5,844 bases of DNA from a virus. Its lineage: Duplodnaviria; Heunggongvirae; Uroviricota; Caudoviricetes. Where the stretch lies: IMG/VR virus record IMGVR_UViG_2713896791_000002; one strand, given 5' to 3'. Made by a program: the position numbers and the translations under genes. The notes beneath the pieces are model-generated. The model had not been told where the DNA came from and made no database searches. It saw only the letters and a program-made list of their open reading frames with translations. Below are positions 1 through 5,110 of the stretch, piece by piece; the stretch's first letter is position 1; every line of letters begins with the position of its first letter.

Positions 1-188
1 TCGTTGTGATGCTCCCGACACAGCGGTAGCGTGAAAATATCGTGAGATTTTGTCCCCATTCCCCCCTGACCATGACCAATCAGGTGATGCGGATCGTCAG
101 CAGGCTTACCACAACACGCACACGGCTGTGTCTTCACCCAGTGCGTGTATTTCTCGTTAACCCAGCGGCGACGTTTAGGTCGTTTCAT
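1..188 (-). CDS. Partial CDS running off the left edge, with an HNH/His-Me-finger-like Cys/His motif; not in the supplied ORF track
   Basis: Manual translation of the minus strand from ATG at 188-186: MKRPKRRRWVNEKYTHWVKTQPCACCGKPADDPHHLIGHGQGGMGTKSHDIFTLPLCREHHNE..., open to position 1. The CxCCG...HH...LCxxHH pattern resembles small phage HNH-like zinc-finger nucleases. The start overlaps the end of the upstream gene by 14 nt. Confidence 0.45.
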   Translation of the reverse strand, partial: MKRPKRRRWVNEKYTHWVKTQPCACCGKPADDPHHLIGHGQGGMGTKSHDIFTLPLCREHHN

Positions 189-795
189 GAAAGATTCCGG
201 AGACTCNNNNNNNNNNNNNNNNNNNNNNNNNNNNNNNNNNNNNNNNNNNNNNNNNNGGTAGCGCGTCCGCCACCTGATTGCGGACCGCCCACCAGGATAA
301 TTCAGCCAGAGATAATTCCCGTTCCTGTGCACCACTTATTGCGTGACGTATGACGTCAATCATCCAGGCTGTCAGATTTTGTTGAGCAAGCTGCCCGAGT
401 GATTCGGATGTCTGGTCGCGCAGCTGGTTGTCGCAGTGCCAGCACAACACCATTGCGCCGGTACCATAACGGTGAATGACGGTTTCGCTGTGATGATAAT
501 CGCCGTGTGGCCACTGGCAGGATTTAATATGGCGCAACAGCCAGTCAGACAATGCACCAGCACCACCAGCAGCACGAATCACNCGTNCGTNNCTGAAAAA
601 NGGCAGCAATGTTTTGTCTTCCACNAGCGGCTGGCGAACGGCAGGAACNACCCCGGACGGCAGATTACGCATGCTTTTCGGTTCCGGCTCCACCAGTACC
701 CGGGTATTGTGGAATACCGGCATGGATTCACGACCCGGCTTAACGATCACCAGCCCGAGTTCCGGTACCAGAACAGGTCGAAGTAATACCCGCAC
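175..795 (-). CDS. Hypothetical phage protein (about 206 aa); product unknown
   Basis: Long minus-strand ORF with GTG start at 795-793, preceded by GGAGG 4 nt upstream and placed 1 nt after the TAA stop of the upstream gene (coupled arrangement). It crosses ambiguous bases (583-649) and its C-terminus crosses the 50-N gap (207-256), so length and end are uncertain. No recognisable family motif. Confidence 0.4.
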   Translation of the reverse strand: MRVLLRPVLVPELGLVIVKPGRESMPVFHNTRVLVEPEPKSMRNLPSGXVPAVRQPXVEDKTLLXFFXXXXVIRAAGGAGALSDWLLRHIKSCQWPHGDYHHSETVIHRYGTGAMVLCWHCDNQLRDQTSESLGQLAQQNLTAWMIDVIRHAISGAQERELSLAELSWWAVRNQVADALXXXXXXXXXXXXXXXXXXVSGIFHETT

Positions 796-796
796 G

Positions 797-1069
797 TTAC
801 CTCCAGATGCGTTGCTGGAATGTGCGGGACGGACGCGGCGGGCGTTCGGAATAAAGGAGCCTGACGTAGATTATCCAGTGACGGTAGTCGAGGCTAAGGG
901 CTTTCTTAAACTCATACCCACGTCTGCGGTAGTTATGAATCAGCCATTCGGCCTGTTCTTCAGTGCAGGGATCGTGCTGATACCAGTCATATTTGAATGT
1001 GTGAGAACACCGCCCTTGCCTGCTGGCAGGGGCGATATCAGAATTGTGATGTTTGGTATTGTGCGCCAT
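797..1069 (-). CDS. Hypothetical small phage protein (about 90 aa)
   Basis: ATG at 1069-1067 chosen as start (MAHNTKHH...); the track ORF extends to a non-ATG start at 1123. Stop TAA at 799-797 sits inside the SD of the next gene. Composition is protein-like; no family recognised. Confidence 0.4.
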   Translation of the reverse strand: MAHNTKHHNSDIAPASRQGRCSHTFKYDWYQHDPCTEEQAEWLIHNYRRRGYEFKKALSLDYRHWIIYVRLLYSERPPRPSRTFQQRIWR

Positions 1070-1138
1070 CGGTTTTCTCTGCTGGCGCAGCAGGTGCCAG
1101 TTGTTCAAGCTGGCGTGCGGCAATATTGTCTCTGATTT

Positions 1139-1154
1139 CTGTTGTCGTCAACAG
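1139..1154. promoter_or_regulatory. Inverted repeat CTGTTG-tcgt-CAACAG, candidate operator for the ParD (RHH) antitoxin
   Basis: Perfect 6-bp arms with a 4-bp spacer, read directly. It overlaps the putative -35 of the parDE promoter and a -35-like TTGACG on the opposite strand. RHH antitoxins typically autoregulate through such palindromes. Confidence 0.4.
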
Positions 1155-1169
1155 GCAACGTGCTATCAT
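1142..1169 (+). promoter_or_regulatory. Putative sigma70 promoter of the parDE cassette
   Basis: -35-like TTGTCG (1142-1147), 16-nt spacer, -10-like TATCAT (1164-1169), about 35 nt upstream of the parD ATG; SD GAGG 8 nt before the ATG. Both hexamers are imperfect. Confidence 0.35.
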
Positions 1170-1204
1170 CGAATGGTGTTCTATCCTACTCCGTGAGGTT
1201 TACC

Positions 1205-1462
1205 ATGCGTACAACCCAACAATTCAGCATTACATTAACTAACGAAATGGCTGACATGGTGCGCGCCCGTGTGGCTTCCGGTGCCTATGCTTCAGAAAGC
1301 GAGGTCATTCGTGAAGGGCTTCGCGCACTGAATGAGCGCGATAAAGCAATCGAAGCGTGGTTAACGCATTCAGCCGCCCCCTCTCTTGATTCTATCCGCG
1401 AAAATCCAAACAACGGACGCTCCATTTCACAGGTTCGCGCCGCGATTCGATCCGGGAAGTAA
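1205..1462 (+). CDS. parD: ParD-family antitoxin (ribbon-helix-helix), type II toxin-antitoxin system
   Basis: MRTTQQFSITLTNEMADMVRARVASGAYASESEVIREGLRALNERDKAIEAWL... matches the ParD-antitoxin pattern (N-terminal RHH strand, then the ASGxYASxSEVIREGLR helix). ATG at 1205 is preferred over the track start at 1142 because of the SD and typical length (85 aa). Lies 5 nt upstream of a ParE/RelE-like ORF. Confidence 0.8.
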   Translation: MRTTQQFSITLTNEMADMVRARVASGAYASESEVIREGLRALNERDKAIEAWLTHSAAPSLDSIRENPNNGRSISQVRAAIRSGK

Positions 1463-1467
1463 TCTGC

Positions 1468-1767
1468 ATGACATATGAAGTCATCATTACTCCTGAGGCC
1501 GAACAACAAATAATCAACCTGCACAGGTATATAACGGAGAAAGCAGGGAACGTCATTGCTGACAATTATGCCAATGCGCTTCTTGATTATCTTGATGGGT
1601 TTTCTACATTCCCGCATCGGGGCAATAAACGCGATGATATTCGCCAGGGGATGCGGGTAACTCATTTCCGCCACAGAACGATTATTGCTTTTGCCGTTGA
1701 TAGCAGAAAAGTCTTTATTGTCGGTATCTATCATGGTGGGCAAAGTTATGAAACCGATTTCTTATAA
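1468..1767 (+). CDS. parE: ParE/RelE-family toxin, type II toxin-antitoxin system
   Basis: 99-aa ORF MTYEVIITPEAEQQIINLHRYI...RTIIAFAVDSRKVFIVGIYHGGQSYE, typical ParE/RelE size and C-terminal motif, immediately downstream of parD in the canonical antitoxin-toxin order. Confidence 0.8.
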   Translation: MTYEVIITPEAEQQIINLHRYITEKAGNVIADNYANALLDYLDGFSTFPHRGNKRDDIRQGMRVTHFRHRTIIAFAVDSRKVFIVGIYHGGQSYETDFL

Positions 1768-1847
1768 ACTTTTACCCACATCATTCCGGTGTTAGAATTA
1801 ACCGTCCGCCCCCTCTCTTACTGGCGGATTCGTAGGCTATATAAATC

Positions 1848-1884
1848 AAAGATCCCGGCTCATGTTTATGTCGGGATCTTTTTT
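1848..1884. terminator. Rho-independent terminator-like hairpin, potentially bidirectional, between the convergent units
   Basis: aaa-GATCCCG-(14-nt loop)-CGGGATC-tttttt: 7-bp stem followed by T6 on the plus strand (ends parDE) and preceded by A3, so T-rich after the hairpin on the minus strand too. Lies between the parE stop (1767) and the last minus-strand ORF (1892). Confidence 0.55.
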
Positions 1885-1891
1885 CGGCGAT

Positions 1892-1975
1892 TTATCCCCA
1901 GCGGCAAATCGAATACACCACCAGCGCCACCGCCATCGCAATTCCTACCGTTGTGAATGCTTCAGGCCAGGTCAT
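1892..1975 (-). CDS. Possible 27-aa hydrophobic micro-protein ([27 protein letters not shown]); not in the ORF track
   Basis: ATG at 1975-1973 overlaps the TGA stop of the upstream 114-aa gene (ATGA); GGAGG lies 10 nt upstream; one predicted transmembrane segment; stop TAA at 1894-1892 just before the terminator hairpin. Very short, so speculative. Confidence 0.25.
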   Translation of the reverse strand: MTWPEAFTTVGIAMAVALVVYSICRWG

Positions 1976-2316
1976 CGTAAAATATCCTCCACGCTTATCA
2001 GTCCGTTCCGCTCCAGATAACTCATCGCCTTATCCGGTAATTTGCAGTCTGGCTTCGCTTTCCTCAGTTGCCAGGTTAACTGCTTTACCAGCATGGTTAA
2101 CTCATCGACCAGACGCTGATATCCCACTGGTTTGTATTCATGCAATTTACCGGCTGGCTCTGCTGCCAGCGATACCAGTGCGATTTCCAGAACAGCAATA
2201 TCCATCTTATATGTGCGGATGATGTCATGGTCGATTGTGCCCGGTATGCACAGTCTCTGTGTTTCAATAGTCTCCTCTGCGTGAGCTATTAACTGCTCTC
2301 TGGTAAAAGTCGTCAT
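1972..2316 (-). CDS. Hypothetical phage protein (114 aa)
   Basis: Complete ORF whose ATG (2316-2314) overlaps the TGA stop of the HNH gene (ATGA). No recognisable domain. Confidence 0.6.
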   Translation of the reverse strand: MTTFTREQLIAHAEETIETQRLCIPGTIDHDIIRTYKMDIAVLEIALVSLAAEPAGKLHEYKPVGYQRLVDELTMLVKQLTWQLRKAKPDCKLPDKAMSYLERNGLISVEDILR

Positions 2317-2678
2317 GCCGTAGCCCCTTCTTGATATTTTTCAAACCAGAACACAACTGGGTCAGATTTCATTTCAACCAATCCCATACGAACCAGCGCT
2401 TTGCCTTTCCCGGACGCAAGGAATTCACGACGACCATCACTGATAATTCGCCGATAATCTTCCAGACTACTGCAATGCTTGTGCAGATTGCATGGGTGGC
2501 ATGCCGGAACCATGTTGGATATATCGTCACGTTCCTGGTGAAGCATATTTCCATCAAAACGAATGACCGGTTTTACATGGTCTGCATGCCACTTTTCGCC
2601 AAGTTCGCAGCCGCAATAAGCACAGCGACCGCCGAACTTCATGCGCAGCTCTGCACGTTGTTTTTTCGTCAGTGCCAT
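2313..2678 (-). CDS. HNH endonuclease (small, about 121 aa)
   Basis: [38 protein letters not shown]...[14 protein letters not shown]: the canonical CxxC ... HxDH ... N ... CxxC ... H HNH motif. ATG at 2678 is preferred over the track start at 2768 because it sits 1 nt after the upstream gene's TGA, with AAGGAAAG upstream. Confidence 0.85.
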   Translation of the reverse strand: MALTKKQRAELRMKFGGRCAYCGCELGEKWHADHVKPVIRFDGNMLHQERDDISNMVPACHPCNLHKHCSSLEDYRRIISDGRREFLASGKGKALVRMGLVEMKSDPVVFWFEKYQEGATA

Positions 2679-2679
2679 A

Positions 2680-2898
2680 TCAGCTTTCCTTATACGGATT
2701 AATTTTATTGTGCAGTGTGCTGAACGACGCCCACACCACGTCGTTATACAATTCAATAACTGGCTCAATTATTTTCACGATAAACCAGACCAGTAATAGC
2801 GGGGGTATCGGTATCATCAACACGATAAATATAATGAGAAACAAAAATTCTGTCGCTCTACTTTTTCTCGGATATTCTTTTCTGAATAATGTAGTCAT
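2680..2898 (-). CDS. Small membrane protein (72 aa, one predicted TM helix)
   Basis: MTTLFRKEYPRKSRATEFLFLIIFIVLMIPIPPLLLVWFIVKII...: basic N-terminus followed by a roughly 25-residue hydrophobic stretch. ATG at 2898 is preceded by the conserved SD-hairpin element; stop is coupled to the HNH start. Confidence 0.6.
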   Translation of the reverse strand: MTTLFRKEYPRKSRATEFLFLIIFIVLMIPIPPLLLVWFIVKIIEPVIELYNDVVWASFSTLHNKINPYKES

Positions 2899-2930
2899 TT
2901 CTTACCGCCCTTTCAGGCGGCCTCCTGATG
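2899..2930 (-). promoter_or_regulatory. Conserved SD + GNRA-tetraloop hairpin translation-initiation element, copy A
   Basis: Minus strand: CATCAGGAGG-CCGCCU-GAAA-GGGCGG-UAAGAA-AUG. AGGAGG is followed by a 6-bp GC-rich stem (one U-G wobble) with a GAAA loop, then 6 nt to the AUG at 2898. Near-identical to copy B at 4019-4051. Confidence 0.5.
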
Positions 2931-2957
2931 TTTTGAGGGTGCAGAAATCCCTCCGGT

Positions 2958-2992
2958 TAAGGATTAAATTTTTAACTAAATTTAATTATTCA
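2958..2992 (-). repeat. AT-rich intergenic linker, copy A (partner at 4265-4322)
   Basis: Plus strand GGATTAAATTTTTAACTAAATTTAATTATTCAGG against GGATTAGATTTTATTTACAGCGCTAAATTTATTTATTCAG in copy B. Both start at the TAA stop of the upstream minus-strand gene and end at a GGAGG. Confidence 0.5.
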
Positions 2993-3621
2993 GGCGCGAT
3001 AAGCTGTTCCGCACAATCCAGCAATGCTTCTGTCGCTTCCTTAAGCGTTACTGTATCGCTATCATCCAGTCCTGCAACTTTTTCGTACCTGACAAACGCC
3101 GCGCAAAGCTCGTTAAACAACCCCGCCCGTACTTCAGCCAGGAAAGCGTCGGTGGCCGGAGTTTCAGGAATCCGTCTCCTCATCCGTTCTATTGCATGAT
3201 TGAACCCGAAATCTTCAGCAAGAGATACGTCATCCATATTGTCATTGTCGTCCTCAATATCCCGTGGTTCTGGAATTGCAGACTTTATTACCGCATTCTC
3301 CGCCGCCAGCGCCACAAGATTAGCTTTCAGCTCTGCAATTCGTTTGTTTTGGGCTTCCCGTTCATCCAGTAGTGCCAGCGCAACATTTGGATTAAAAGCA
3401 GCAATAAATTCAGCGTTTGCATAAGCCTGAACATCTGTTTCAACCAGGCAGTTAACATGACATTCTGCAATTACGCCACCGGGCTCTCCTTTCCATTTTT
3501 GACAAACAAAAACTCCTGTTATATTCCCATGCTGATTGCCCGATGTATGCCCTACGATGTAGCATCCTTTAGTTGCTTTCTCTGCTGCTTCACGCAGCGC
3601 CTGATAGTCAATCTCGCTCAT
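2986..3621 (-). CDS. Ead/Ea22-like family protein (211 aa)
   Basis: N-terminus MSEIDYQALREAAEKATKG..., central coiled-coil-like region (...REAQNKRIAELKANLVALAAENA...) and acidic stretch typical of lambdoid Ea22-like proteins. Shares its N-terminal motif with the paralog at 4649-5110. ATG overlaps the upstream stop (ATGA). Confidence 0.65.
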   Translation of the reverse strand: MSEIDYQALREAAEKATKGCYIVGHTSGNQHGNITGVFVCQKWKGEPGGVIAECHVNCLVETDVQAYANAEFIAAFNPNVALALLDEREAQNKRIAELKANLVALAAENAVIKSAIPEPRDIEDDNDNMDDVSLAEDFGFNHAIERMRRRIPETPATDAFLAEVRAGLFNELCAAFVRYEKVAGLDDSDTVTLKEATEALLDCAEQLIAPE

Positions 3622-3794
3622 TCATCGCCCCACTCATCACAATATGCTTCGACCGGATTTTTTCCTGCTTCATAATCATCACGCCATGCTTCAGCATCAG
3701 CAGCACTGCCACCACGTAACTCTGCATATTCCATTAACAGTTCATGCCATTCTTCAAAACTGACGCTGTATTTAGTTGAACCAAAATCAGCCAT
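3618..3794 (-). CDS. Small acidic hypothetical protein (58 aa); not in the ORF track
   Basis: Manual translation from ATG 3794-3792: MADFGSTKYSVSFEEWHELLMEYAELRGGSAADAEAWRDDYEAGKNPVEAYCDEWGDE, with stop TGA at 3620-3618 overlapping the Ea22-like ATG (ATGA). GAGGAAG SD about 8 nt upstream and an in-frame stop just upstream at 3818-3816. It fills an otherwise unexplained 170-nt space in a tightly packed operon. Confidence 0.45.
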   Translation of the reverse strand: MADFGSTKYSVSFEEWHELLMEYAELRGGSAADAEAWRDDYEAGKNPVEAYCDEWGDE

Positions 3795-4018
3795 TTTGTT
3801 CTTCCTCTTCGTCTTTTATTTCGTGATATGAATAATTGCAGTAGTTAAAGAAAATATCTTTTGCTTCGTCATGTATTTCATCAGGCGTCGCATCNNNNNN
3901 NNNNNNNNNNNNNNNNNNNNNNNNNNNNNNNNNNNNNNNNNNNNTCATCCACTTCGAATTCATCCTCGAAATCTCCACCGGCTATTCCCGTTTCAATAAT
4001 TATTTTAAACTTTCGCAT
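3787..4018 (-). CDS. Small acidic hypothetical protein spanning the 50-N gap (about 75 aa if the gap preserves frame)
   Basis: ATG at 4018-4016 directly after the SD-hairpin element gives MRKFKIIIETGIAGGDFEDEFEVDD...; after the gap the track frame reads ...DATPDEIHDEAKDIFFNYCNYSYHEIKDEEEEQNG. The two parts are in different frames across exactly 50 N, so the true gap length is probably not 50 or there is a frameshift. Confidence 0.4.
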
Positions 4019-4051
4019 TTAACTACCGCCCTTTCGGGCGGCCTCCTGACA
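4019..4051 (-). promoter_or_regulatory. Conserved SD + GNRA-tetraloop hairpin translation-initiation element, copy B
   Basis: Minus strand: UAA-U-GUCAGGAGG-CCGCCC-GAAA-GGGCGG-UAGUUAA-AUG. The whole 33-nt intergenic space between two small ORFs is SD, a perfect 6-bp GC stem with GAAA loop, then 7 nt to the AUG. Confidence 0.5.
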
Positions 4052-4264
4052 TTAATCGTTGTGGTAACTCATGGCTTCATTTGCAACATCAACCGGATCA
4101 ACCTCCCACCAGCAATAATTTGGTGCGTTTCCTTCAGGTGTCCACGGTTCTAATTCATTTTTTGCCGCATTCTCATCGCCAGTAATTTTAAAAATCTGCT
4201 CAGAGAATTTTCTTGCCCACTCGTTATATTTTTCCGCATTAATGGCTTTCTGTGTATTTAACAT
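4052..4264 (-). CDS. Hypothetical small phage protein (70 aa)
   Basis: ORF MLNTQKAINAEKYNEWARKFSEQIFKITGDENAAKNELEPWTPEGNAPNYCWWEVDPVDVANEAMSYHND with GGAGGT 8 nt upstream of the ATG at 4264; immediately follows the AT-rich linker copy B. Confidence 0.5.
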   Translation of the reverse strand: MLNTQKAINAEKYNEWARKFSEQIFKITGDENAAKNELEPWTPEGNAPNYCWWEVDPVDVANEAMSYHND

Positions 4265-4322
4265 AAATATACCTCCAGTTCAGGATTAGATTTTATTTAC
4301 AGCGCTAAATTTATTTATTCAG
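4265..4322 (-). repeat. AT-rich intergenic linker, copy B (partner at 2958-2992)
   Basis: See copy A. Here the linker and its GGAGG lead directly to the ATG of the 70-aa ORF. Confidence 0.5.
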
Positions 4323-4671
4323 TTCTGGATTTTGTCGCCCTGCGTATCCGCGCTTTCGCGTTACGTTCAATCTGAATTAACTTTTCTATATTTTTCCGCC
4401 TTTCCTGTTCCTCCTGGCGCAATAGCCTTACATCATCTGCCAGTCTGGTTTCTCTTTTCGCCACAGAGAGCATCCAGTCAAACGGCTCCACAACCGCACC
4501 GCAGATTTTACAGCGGACCTGGCGCTCTTTTTCGTCAACCCGAACAGAGGCGTGATGACAATATGGTCTTTCCGATGGCTCATAAAGAAAATTAACCTGA
4601 TTACGAGGGTCATCCTCTTTTACCGGAAATAAAACGATATTGCTTAACTCATCCTCTGGTTTTATTTCCAT
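4315..4671 (-). CDS. Hypothetical protein with Cys/His zinc-binding-like motif and basic coiled-coil-like C-terminus (118 aa)
   Basis: Strong SD AAGGAGAGGAG just upstream of the ATG at 4671. Motif ...YCHHASVRVDEKERQVRCKICGAVVEP..., then a Lys/Arg/Glu-rich C-terminus. Start overlaps the end of the upstream Ea22-like gene by 23 nt. Confidence 0.6.
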   Translation of the reverse strand: MEIKPEDELSNIVLFPVKEDDPRNQVNFLYEPSERPYCHHASVRVDEKERQVRCKICGAVVEPFDWMLSVAKRETRLADDVRLLRQEEQERRKNIEKLIQIERNAKARIRRATKSRTE

Positions 4672-5110
4672 GCTCCTCTCCTTTGATGCGAATGCCAGCG
4701 ACGCGTAATGCGTGTTCTAGGTCAATCAGGTAAAGCCAACTGCCATTTTCTTTAGGTATCATGACATGTCGCTCATCTGCATTTATCGGGTGTCCATATC
4801 GAAGGTCGTAGCGAGTCGGTAATTGAACTTCCCGCGCATCCAGTTCAGCAATACGCTTGCTCCCATCAGAGATAACGCCTTCGTAATACTCACGCTGCTC
4901 GTTGAGTTGTGATTTTGCTTCTTCCAGTCCATCCAGCAAACCAGCGATAATATCCGCTTCCCGATGACGGATATGACGCTTAAACGCAGCAAGAGCCGCA
5001 TCACAATCCCGTTCAGCATTTGGGCTGTCCGGGGTAGCCTGATACCACGCCAGCGTCGACTGATAGTTTTGTGCTGCCTCACGAAGCGCCTCATAGTTAA
5101 CCTCTCTCAT
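4649..5110 (-). CDS. Ead/Ea22-like family protein, second paralog (153 aa)
   Basis: N-terminus MREVNYEALREAAQNYQ... parallels MSEIDYQALREAAEKAT... of the 211-aa paralog, and both contain a KRIAEL segment. ATG at 5110 overlaps the stop of the DUF4406-like gene (ATGA); AGGAGG upstream. Confidence 0.6.
   Translation of the reverse strand: MREVNYEALREAAQNYQSTLAWYQATPDSPNAERDCDAALAAFKRHIRHREADIIAGLLDGLEEAKSQLNEQREYYEGVISDGSKRIAELDAREVQLPTRYDLRYGHPINADERHVMIPKENGSWLYLIDLEHALRVAGIRIKGEEHGNKTRG

Noticed and set aside
42-575. ORFs 42..353 (+) and 372..575 (-), and the internal ORF 2369..2557 (-)
   Set aside because: 42..353 crosses the N gap and is antisense to the left-edge HNH-like ORF; the other two are embedded in alternative frames of supported genes.
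583-649. Scattered N characters as a possible biological signal
   Set aside because: Isolated ambiguous base calls, most clustered at 583-601, indicate low-quality sequence rather than biology. They only reduce confidence in the 175..795 ORF.
1013-1032. Imperfect palindrome CCCTTGCCTGCTGGCAGGGG
   Set aside because: It lies inside a coding region, has a mismatch and no associated regulatory context; likely incidental.
436-1135. Plus-strand ORFs 436..786 and 614..1135
   Set aside because: They are antisense to minus-strand ORFs that show SD motifs and a coupled stop/start junction at 795-799. Their Arg/Ser/Thr/Pro/Gly-rich composition is typical of antisense frames, and they cross ambiguous bases.
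1805-1828. Hairpin TCCGCC-(12 nt)-GGCGGA downstream of parE, which shares the CCGCC/GGCGG stem with the SD-hairpin elements
   Set aside because: The loop and flanks differ from the conserved element, and there is no adjacent SD, start codon or T-tract. It may contribute to termination but is not clearly a copy.
1953-3675. Plus-strand ORFs 1953..2222, 2331..2702, 2672..3199, 3200..3424 and 3457..3675
   Set aside because: All are antisense to minus-strand genes with recognisable motifs (HNH, Ea22-like) or coupled start/stop architecture. They have low-complexity composition and no SD or start context.
4332-5094. Overlapping alternative-frame ORFs 4332..4595 (+), 4428..4613 (-) and 4783..5094 (-)
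   Set aside because: They lie entirely inside better-supported genes (the 118-aa Cys/His protein and the 153-aa Ea22-like protein) in other frames and have no independent start signals.
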